The notes under the pieces were generated by a model, which searched no databases, was not told where the DNA came from, and worked only from the letters and a program-made list of their open reading frames with translations. A program made the translations under genes and the position numbers. Below, one piece after another: positions 40,715-50,263 of a stretch of 64,000 nucleotides of DNA (its first letter is position 1; the number at the start of each line of letters is the position of its first letter). The stretch comes from Cycas panzhihuaensis (lineage: Eukaryota > Plantae > Cycadophyta): assembly GCA_023213395.1 (NCBI GenBank), contig CM041465.1, positions 95,921,741 through 95,985,740 of the forward strand. The letters are read 5' to 3'.

Positions 40715-41500
40715 TGTTAGGATTATATAAAGGCATTTATTATGCATTGAAAAAGGAAATAAATGAATTAATAGAAATGAGGTTTATTTTTAAGTATACA
40801 AAAATTAATTTCCTAAAAGCGAATAGGTTAATCCATATCATTTTTAGTTTTCTCTATGTTTTTGAATTTCCACATGGTATCAAAGCATGTTTAGGTGTAA
40901 TTTTAACTATATTTGTAACTTATTACACTAGCCTAATATTTATTATTATAATTTAATACTATAGGATAATAGATGTGAATGTTTTTAATAATTGTATCTT
41001 CATTATATATTGTAATCTATTTTATAACTTAAGATATCTGATTGTTAGATAGTGTTTAGTAATACATGTTATAGGGATAATTCAACAATTTTCTAAGTGT
41101 TTAGTGGTCAATTTTTGAAGTAAAGGTACCCTCCTATAATGTTTATTTTCAAACACATATATCTAAGTACTATCAAGTAGACATTAAAGTTATTATATTT
41201 GTAGGGGAGATCTCATAAAATAAGTTGTTGATACTTACTTTGGTTAATTGGTATTATCCTTAAACAAGTTGAAGAGACTTGTCCATACACTTGGTGTGTG
41301 AAACTCCATATAATCATCTTATAAAAACATATAAAAAAGAATCACATATACACTTAAAACTATATGCAAAATCAATTAGAACCCTCATTAACTTGCATGC
41401 AAGTTGAAACTTCTTACTTTGGTTGTAGAAGTAACTCATTGCATGAGAATTTGGATAACAATGTTCAATGATTAAGTTGAGTTTATGGGAGAGTGAAATG
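40715..41500 (+). mobile_element. possible decayed copia fragment (short LTR, PBS, gag traces)
   Basis: tgttagg start at 40715, then ..ttccaca followed by tggtatcaaagc (PBS with 1 mismatch) at 40875-40886. Weak gag-like GDLINKLLIL..RDLS near 41210. No partner LTR found. Confidence 0.4.
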
Positions 41501-43061
41501 ACTTGATAGAGACCTACATGAAATAATTTTCTAAGCAAAATAGACACAGCAAGCATGTATATAAATGCCTTAAAAATTAATTAATATTGTTGTGATCTAG
41601 ACCCTCTAGAGAAAAGGGAGACCATTAGTGGAAAAAAAGTTTAATGGTATTTAATTCCATTAACGAAGACCTTTTAAAAGGACAATTGACCATTGGAAAT
41701 TAATGGGATAACCTTCTTAAAAAGGATTTGAGGCACTCTTGAACACTAAAAAAGAAACTTATGAAGAGGCCATTGAAATTTATAAGGGACATGGACCACT
41801 AAAATACTATGTTATATGTCTTTATTTTTTATTCCCTACTAGAACTTGTTATTAGAGGTGTTATAAGGGTGACAAAAGAATATTAAAAGATAATTTAGAA
41901 AACCTTAGACAAAAGGTCAAATGTTATTTAAAGAATATTCTTATATGTATAACCTAAAGTTGCAAAACTTTGGGCCTTCCTTTTTTTTAAACTAACATCT
42001 TTATATGGTAAAATAGAGGAAAACAAGTTTCTTATATCACAAGTTTTTGTTAGTTTTAGTAGATTGAATCATAGTGGAACCTTGGTTAATGGGGTTATTC
42101 ACTTTTGAAGCTTGATCAATGCCCATTGAAGGGGCTACATACCAAATATTTGTCAATGACCATTAAAGGGGCTATATACCAACCATCATCACCATTTAAT
42201 CCACAAACATGTGTTGATCGATAAGCCATAAAAAATTCCATGGATCTAATAGATCAATGTACACTATGAAGATGCTAAGCTCAAATTCTAAGAAAAAGAT
42301 GTTCAGAGTTAAAAGAGGCCTCAAAGATCCAACTTTAACACCCTACCCAATGGAATCACTATCAAAACATAAAATGCCAATATATGATTTCCATTGGAGC
42401 TTAAAAGGTTTTTACATTAAAGCCCCCTTCATATCATCTATTAAAGGCCCAAAAAACCCCACAACATAATGATTATAGCTCAAATCCTTATAAAATTACC
42501 TAGCATAGTCCAATAATATTGTGGAGAAAAAGATTATTTCTTTTACATGCCAAAAATCATTTTTAATATGTGAGACTATATACAATGACATGGAAGAATA
42601 TTGGGTACTAACATTACTAGCAAAAAGTAGTTGAAATTTTGGAAAGTAATGCCTTAAATCAAGGAATTAAATTTTGATTTTATAAATAAGGGAAATACCC
42701 ATTTACCTCTTAAAGGGAATAATCTCTAAGAATATTCTATATTAAAATTTAGTTAAGGGATTGATTTTTATTTTCTAAAGTTTATAGCACATTAAATATA
42801 TTTTGAAAATGTTTGAGGTCCAAAATAGAGCCATCTACCTCTTAACCCTTGATCATTTGGTCAATAGGGTATCATGTCCCTTCTTGCCTAACACAGAGTC
42901 TATTTTAGACATATAAATTTAACATAGTAGTTATTCTTTTGAGATCTATAATTTAGTAGTGGCCATATATAATATTTCTATACAAAATTTTGAAGAAAAA
43001 TAAAAAATAAATATTTTTTTACTCATTTTAGTTACCTACAAATAGACCAAGGAAGCAAAAT

Positions 43062-43494
43062 TGTTGGAGTTAATCATCATCACTCCACTCCCACCTTTCC
43101 AACCAGGATTGTATACCTCATCAACTTCAATTTAGACATGTGATATTTAACATGTCGAGGTAAGTTAAGGTAAGTTTAACTTTGATTTAAGTTAGTTTTA
43201 TTTGAGTTAACTTTATTTTATTATTATTTTGAATTCAAGGGTTGAGAAGTTTCCCACATCCCCTAAATTATAAATATTGAGGGGTATGCAACCCTGGTGT
43301 CTTTAGACACTGCCCTCATTTGGGAAATTTGTATTGCTCACTTTCAACAATGGATTGAAGATTCAAGCTCTTATGTTTATGCTACTATTGTACAACATTG
43401 TATTGAAGATTTGTATTGGAATATTGATATTTTAATCTATTGATTATATGATATATGTTTTGTCATGTTCTCCTGCAAAATATTTTTTCCTACA
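43062..43494 (+). repeat. 5' LTR (433 bp)
   Basis: Direct repeat of 48974-49406. Confidence 0.96.
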
Positions 43495-43496
43495 TT

Positions 43497-43550
43497 TGGT
43501 ATCAGAGCTACTTGGTGCTCCATTATTTTTCCTATATTTGGTATCAGAGC
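43497..43550 (+). promoter_or_regulatory. tandemly duplicated tRNA-iMet primer-binding site
   Basis: tattttt(t)ccta[c/t]atttggtatcagagc occurs twice, 42 bp apart. Confidence 0.92.
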
Positions 43551-44956
43551 AGGTGATTGCTGATCTATGAAGTTTTTCAAAAAAGCAAGAAGATTTTGAG
43601 GCAAATTTTCTCACAAGCAAATAATATCGGTGATACTTATTTTTTGTAATCTTTTTAGTAAATTTCTTCTAGTTTTTCATCAAGTCTTGATTATTATTAA
43701 GTTATTTTCTGGTATAACAAATATACTTTAGATTTTTTCAGATTTATATAGATTTTTAGCTATATTTCCAGATCTATGAAGGAGATCAATAGATTTCAGT
43801 AGCAAGTTCTTTATATTCAAGCTTTTTATCATACTTAAGATATATATTTTTTAGATCTATAGTTTTTACCATATATTTGATAGTTTTTCAAGTATATTTA
43901 TCTATTCTATCTAATATTTTTCATAGATCTACAAAGGAGATCTATTGCATGCAACATTCATATGGTTTTTCTTCAAGATCTGTAATTTTTACTTTAGATC
44001 TACCATAGTTTTCTACAGATCTAGCTTATATTTTTTAGATCTACTCTTTCTATTAAATATTTCATAGTTTCCTCGTTTATTCTATTCAAATATTCAATAT
44101 TTTTTTAAATCTACTAGTTTTTACTTCAAATATGCTTATTTCAAGAAGTATTACAATATTTTCTGGCATAGTTATTTTAAATCTATAATATTTAGTTCAG
44201 ATCTATTATATTTATTTTTAGATCTATATTTTTTCATTATATATTTTGACTACATTTTCAACTCTTTTATAGATCTATAATGTTTGAAGCATATTCAGGT
44301 TTCTGAAGAAGTATATACTGCAGACTTATCTACTAGAAGCTTTTGAAGCTTATTTTTCATCTACAAATCAACTACATTACTAGATCTACAATTTTTTAGG
44401 CATATTCAGCCTTCTAAAGAAGATAAATAGTAGATCTCACTTCTACAAGTCAGTTATAGCCATATTTACTAGGTTCTTTAGTTACTTTTCAGTTTTAAAT
44501 ACATACTTCTGATATATCTATAATATATTTAAAAATATTCCAAATGCATATACATACATCTCATTTGCTTAATATATTTCTGTCAAAATATTTAAAATCT
44601 TCTGTTTTCATTTGTGCTCTATTGAATCAACAAAAAAAAAAAAAAAAAAAATCAACATTATTCATGATTTTTTATGCAAATATATATATATATATATATA
44701 AATCTCTTTCATGGTATACATCTTGTATGAAGACTATTCATTTTCAACAAAAACTCAATATTTTTTTTCATATTTTCTTTGAACAAATATATGATTTTTT
44801 AAATATTACATCATTTATAAAAAAAGGGGAAATACAACAATTTGTTGCATGTAAACACCTTTGGTATCATACTCTAAGTGCTGCTGACCTTACCAAGGCT
44901 GTAGGTTTCAAAGCATTCTTTTGGTTCAAAGCATTTCTATTTTTTGGAAACGTCCA

Positions 44957-45112
44957 GGCTACAATAATTATTTCTATTCTGCTCTTTAGTTTCTCAACTT
45001 GTGTTTGAATTGGAAACTTTTATAACGTGGACAAAATTTGTTTCTTCTTAGATGCTTCTTCTTGTTTCATCTCTGGTAACAACATGGATGATAACATTAC
45101 TAATAATACTAT
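44957..45112 (-). pseudogene. MED8: captured fragment of Mediator subunit 8
   Basis: IVLLVMLSSMLLPEMKQEEASKKKQILSTL*KFPIQTQVEKLKSRIEIIIVA matches the recalled plant MED8 core ILPVMLSSKLLPEME..DN.KREQLL.G.Q.LPI..QIEKLK.RIDMIAAA. Confidence 0.8.
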
Positions 45113-45610
45113 TGAGAAGCTCCATTATTTCGGATTGAGTCTGGAATGTTCTTAAGTTCTTAAGAAATAATCTAGCAACAGAAGCCAATGATTGCCTGTT
45201 GAAAATATATAATATTAATAAATTATTGAATTAATAATCCTCCAAAATATTCCAATAAGCTCCCAAACACCAATATCAAGTATCTCTGAATTTTACCCAC
45301 GTACATATCTTACATCTTTTCTTTGAACCCATTTTTGAAATCTATAGCTCCATCTCCTTCTCCTCTATGTTACATACTACTGGAAAATACTTTACACACA
45401 AAATACTATAGATAACGGTTAGCTAAACTCACACCATTTATTTCACTTCCAACAAATCTTGAAATCACAAATTTCCATATTCCCTCACCATATAAAAATG
45501 TAGATAGAACTCCCAACATAGCCCCTGCATACTCTGCTAATATTGTCCTGAAATTTTCAATAATAAATTATTGTATTTAAGCTTTGTGTTAACAATACTT
45601 GGATTGTAAT

Positions 45611-45817
45611 CATTTCCTTCAAACTTGGCTACAAGCTCCTTACTTCAAGATCCATTTTCTAGATCAAAGCATCATCTTCATCTAGGCTATTTTTTAGATC
45701 AGAAAGCTTCTACTTATTTTGCTCTCCATTTAGAAGACTCATCGACGTGTATTTTCGTGATAAACTTGTAGAAAGCTTGCAATATTAGCATTTGTAGCCT
45801 TCAAAAACCTCACTCAT
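45611..45817 (-). pseudogene. VTI1: captured intronless fragment of the VTI1-family Qb-SNARE N-terminus
   Basis: 69 codons MSEVFEGYKC*YCKLSTSLSRKYTSMSLLNGEQNK*KLSDLKNSLDEDDALI*KMDLEVRSL*PSLKEM, compared with recalled plant VTI1x MSEVFEGYERQYCELSA.LSRKCTS...LDGEQKKQKLSEIK.GLDEA.ALIRKMDLEARSLQP..K.M. Confidence 0.93.
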
Positions 45818-46134
45818 TCTATTGATCTTGTTGAATATCAAACCCTCGTTTAGATCTCTAATTGATGAGGCTCTTCACTCAGCTATCAAAGAAACCCGTT
45901 TCATGTGACTGATCACTTTGCGCTATAAATACTGAGACTCTTCCATGGTGGTAAAGACTTTTGATCTAGAAGCTTGGCCTCTTTCTCATTCAGTAGAGTA
46001 TCCCTCTCTTTCACAATATCAGTTTTGTTCTTCAATGCCTTGCTGCAGTACCTAGGAAATGATAATTCTGCATGGCATACATCCTCTATATTCAAGATCA
46101 TATTGGCTTATGTTTAGAGCATATAGCATTGTAT

Positions 46135-46310
46135 GTGACCAACACTAGCTAGCAGCTTTCCATCTAAAGAAAAATGATAGCAAACCACCTTACTGGTGCT
46201 TGCACGTAGACAATAAACTTCAGAAAATGAAAAGCGAGTAGAAATTAGACTAAACCTAACGTCTATAATCAGAAGAGAGCATTCCTACTCTTCACTTTCA
46301 AGGTGTCCAT
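46135..46310 (-). pseudogene. LUG: captured, rearranged fragments of the LEUNIG / LEUNIG_HOMOLOG WD40 region
   Basis: 46235-46135 reads [33 protein letters not shown]. 46310-46234 reads MDTLKVKS-(small deletion)[17 protein letters not shown]. Both match recalled LUG/LUH GF.[54 protein letters not shown]..RL. Confidence 0.9.
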
Positions 46311-48258
46311 TAAACTTAATCTACAAATAAATGAAAGAGAAAATTTGCTAAAAAAGTTAAGAGAAGGCCAGGGGCTAATTCGCGTCTCTTTTAATACACT
46401 AATACTGCAATTCAGTTTGGCCTTTTTTCCACCAATTTAGGAATATCGTGATCTACCCAGTTTTTTGATTGAATGTCGCTTGAAATATCACAGAAAAATA
46501 AAGTAGTCACATGGGGCGATAAGGTAAATTTACAGTTATAGATCTGATCAACAAAGCACCATTTACAGTCGTTCAACAAATTCGCCATTCACAGTCATTC
46601 AATAGATCGTCGTTCCAAAGCCACCATCATCGATCAATGCAACTTCATTTTTGTTTACTTTTATTTTTTCAAAAGTTGTTTGAAATATTTAATTAGATTT
46701 GAAGAGTTTTGAATTCTACAGCCTCGCGTACACACAATATATTATATTTTGTTTTGTTGTTTTTTATGTTTATAAAGTTTTAAAAATTTAAGTATATTGC
46801 ATAATATTTCAGATCTGAAGTTTAAAACCCTAGATCCCTTGACACGTTCAGTCCTCAGTCTTATACTTCTCTCACATGACCATAATTCATCATTAAAAGG
46901 GCTAATAAACCCTTTATAAACTTTTTTCTTTTTTTCTTTTTTTTTTAATTTTTTATTTTTACATAGGGTTATTGGCATTTTTTTGTCGTAACTCCTCACT
47001 AAGTCATCAGTTTCTGACGAAACTAGTTTCATTAAGTCATAAATTTTTTGTAGATCAATTTTGACTAGTCATATGACCAATTTGGTGCTGATTTGACCCT
47101 GTTTCAGTTGAATTAATGTCAATCAGTCCTTTTTTCAACCTTTTTTAACCTTTTTATAAAATCGTTTCTTGAACTGATTATATTTTATTACCAGAAAACT
47201 ATTTTCTATCCAAATTTATTCCACAGTGATCTACATTTAACAAACTTCATTACCCATCTTTTATTTTAATTTTTAAAGTTTATTTTTATCATTATTTTAA
47301 TCACCGAAAGTGGTATTTTAGTGGTTTTTAGCCTTTTTCTTAACATTTTACCATAAAGGTACCTATTGTTATTTCTGTTATAACTTCTTTGTTTGGCATC
47401 CAAATTTAGTTCCATTAGTTTTGTTGGGAATTTGACTCAATTCTCTTCAATCTAACATAATTTTTTATATGTTTTAATGTATTTTTAATGATTTTCAAAT
47501 CACTCAAAGTAGAAATACTTTATTACTTTAAACCTGTCATATTTACTCTTTTTTCTATATAATTTTTTCAATTTTTTTCAACTAAAAGTATATTTAGCAA
47601 TCTTATAAAAGATATTTGATTATCTTATAGCATTTTACAAGTATTTTATTGGCATTTTTATACAATTTTAAGTTCCCTACTCCTGTTGTGCCTCAAAACA
47701 AGGCCTGTACATTTGGTTATTCAAATTTTGACTTATAGGAATCTATTTTCAAAACGGTCAATTCCATTGGATTCATATTTTGTTTACCTTCATGTTGGCG
47801 AAGTTTTAACTTATTATGATATTGTTTAGTATATTTTTAAAGTTGTTAAACTTAAGCATTTGGCATACCCCTACATTTAAAAAAATCAAAAGATTGAAAA
47901 TCTTATTATTTTTTATCATCAAAGTTTATTTCAAATTTGTATACTTAAAGGATCTTTTATTATATTCAAACTTGCTTTTATATTCATTTTATTTTAAATT
48001 ATATTTAAAAATTATTTCAAAGTTTATTCGAGAGACATACTTATTGAAAATCCTTTTTTATCATTATTGAAAGAATCATTTCTTTATTATGCTTAGTTGA
48101 TTAACTTTCTAAAAGGCATTACATCTCTTTATATATATTTATTAGTGCATTATATTTCTTTTGAAGAGGATATTTGACATCATATAAGTTTAGTCATTTA
48201 TTAACTCTTTTGATTTGATAAAAGCGTGCTTCTTTTATATACTAAAAGTTTATGTAAA

Positions 48259-48965
48259 ATGGCATTCAACCTTGATCAAGTGTAATTTCCCATTTTTGAT
48301 GGTCATAACTTTTCCTTATGGCATAAGACCATGAAGAATTATTTTATTGCACATGATCGATGGAAGTATTTACAACATGACTATGATGTTAGTATTAAGG
48401 AAAACATTAGAAAGGATAATGAAGCATTAAGATTATTATTTTGCACTATGAATAATGATGTTTTTTCAAAAGTTTGTGAATTAACTACTTCTAAGTCAGT
48501 TTGGGATGTATTGATTTTCACTTGTGGGGGAGATACGCTCCATGTATTTGATGATATTTTTGATGAGCATGTGAGACAAGTGACAGAATAGGTGAATCAT
48601 AATGACAACACCCATAAATATTCAGATCAAATGCAGGACCAACTTGCTACATAAGTATATAATCCTCCATTTGAGGGGGAGAATGAATCATATGACATGA
48701 TGGAGAATGAATTTGATGACATGACAACTACTCACAATATAAAGACTACAAAAGACAAAGTTACAACTATACATACATGTCTGAATCAAGTTTCATTTGT
48801 ACCAAATCTTTTAAAATTTACCTTCAGCTTTTTTGCATCACTCCATGAGACATATATTACAAGAAAGTTGAAGCATGTTGATGAAGATCAGATTTTTAAA
48901 GTTTTTTTCAAGTACAATTTCCATAAGTTCAAGGAAAAGATACAAGTGTTCATCATGATATTAAG
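48259..48965 (+). pseudogene. copia gag N-terminal half fused to the RNase H C-terminal tail
   Basis: MAFNLDQV*FPIFDGHNFSLWHKTMKNYFIAHDRW..RKDNEALRLLFCTM..VCELTTSKSVWDVL. Ends EDQIFKVFFKYNFHKFKEKIQV before the PPT. Confidence 0.82.
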
Positions 48966-48973
48966 GGGGAGAA

Positions 48974-49406
48974 TGTTAGAGTTAATCATCATCACTCCAC
49001 TCCCACCTTTCCAACCAGGATTGTACACCTCATTAACTTCAATTTAGACATGTGATAATCAATATGTCGAGGTAAGTTAAGGTAAGTTTAACTTTGATTT
49101 AAGTTAGTTTCATTTGAGTTAACTTTATTTTATTATTATTTTGAATTCAGGGGTTGAGGAGTTTCCATCCTCCCCTAAATTATAAATATTGAGGGGTGTG
49201 CAACCTTGGTGTCTTTAGACACTGCCCTTGTTTGGGAAATTTGTATTGCTCACTTTTAATAATGGATTGAAGATTCAATCTCTCATGTTTATGCTACTAT
49301 TGTGTAACATTATATTAAAGATTTATATTAAAATATTGATATTTTAATCTATTGATTATATGATATATATCCTGCCCTGTTCTCCTGTAAAATATTTTTT
49401 CCTACA
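48974..49406 (+). repeat. 3' LTR (433 bp)
   Basis: Follows PPT aagggggagaa; ends cctaca plus TSD AAAAT. Confidence 0.96.
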
Positions 49407-50263
49407 AAAATTACACATACCAACTACCTATATATAGACTTATGTAGCATTCCTAAAATAAAGAGGAAATTAGTTTTCTATAGAAGGAATTATTATTATG
49501 TATTTGATTTATAGGAGGGTCAAAAAAATAATCACTTAATACATTTTATCATGAGCTCATTTTTTGTGAGAGAGAATTAAGAGTTGGTCTTTGAGAGAGA
49601 ATTAAAGGTTATAAATAAGAAAACCTCGATAATTTGTCAAATAATCTTAGAAAATTTATTATTATTTAGGATAATAGTCTCACGCTATTAAGTCCTTCAG
49701 CTTATTATAAGATTGCTTTCATCTTGAAAAGGGTTATAAACATTGTTAGATATTGTATTAGGTTTTATTAATCTGCTATTATTATTTATCATTTCAATTT
49801 TAATTGTTATTTTATCAATGTAAGGATGTTGTATTATATGGATGCATGAACTACATCTATAAAATGATATTTTATGATGAATTATTGGTATAAACATATG
49901 ATATATAATAAAAAATATTCTCTCTACCTATTGTTTAAGAACTAGGCCTACTACAACTAGTATTAAATCCCTAAAATAGAACAAATGTGAGGTTGTGAGG
50001 TTACATCATAGGTTCAATGAGGAGAAAAAGAAAATTTTGGAAAAAAGAATAGAGCAAGTGTTATTAACTAAAAGTAATCCTTCCATTCATGTAGTCATAA
50101 ATATAATATATTAAAGTATATAAAATCCATTCTCAATAAGTTATATTAAAGGGTTTTTTATTATACTATGCATCCTACCAATGGACTATTATGGGTTGTT
50201 AGTAAAATCTCCTTTGAAGACTTAATTACCTAAGTTCTTTATAATTTTTATTTTTAAGGAAAA

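Larger units (their letters stand above)
43062..49406 (+). mobile_element. non-autonomous Ty1/copia derivative (TR-GAG-like) carrying antisense host-gene fragments
   Basis: 433-bp TG..CA LTRs at 43062-43494 and 48974-49406 (about 92% identical). TSD AAAAT at 43057-43061 and 49407-49411. PBS at 43497-43508 and again at 43539-43550. PPT at 48963-48973. Partial gag from 48259; no PR, INT or RT seen. Confidence 0.95.

Noticed and set aside
41560-43056. Possible decayed gag with zinc knuckle (YCGEKDYF ~42520) and a 37-bp tandem duplication at ~42117-42185
   Set aside because: Too eroded to assign by eye; left unannotated.
44632-44651. A-run as the poly(A) tail of a retrocopy explaining the cargo
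   Set aside because: The run is on the + strand whereas the cargo is on the - strand, where a tail would appear as a T-run on +. No LINE-type TSD seen.
44544-45008. Longest ORF in the track (154 aa, +)
   Set aside because: Runs through poly-A and (AT)n tracts and is antisense to the MED8 fragment; no recognisable protein.
44957-46310. Functional host LUG, VTI1 or MED8 genes
   Set aside because: Only short fragments with stops, deletions and rearrangement, enclosed in an LTR element.
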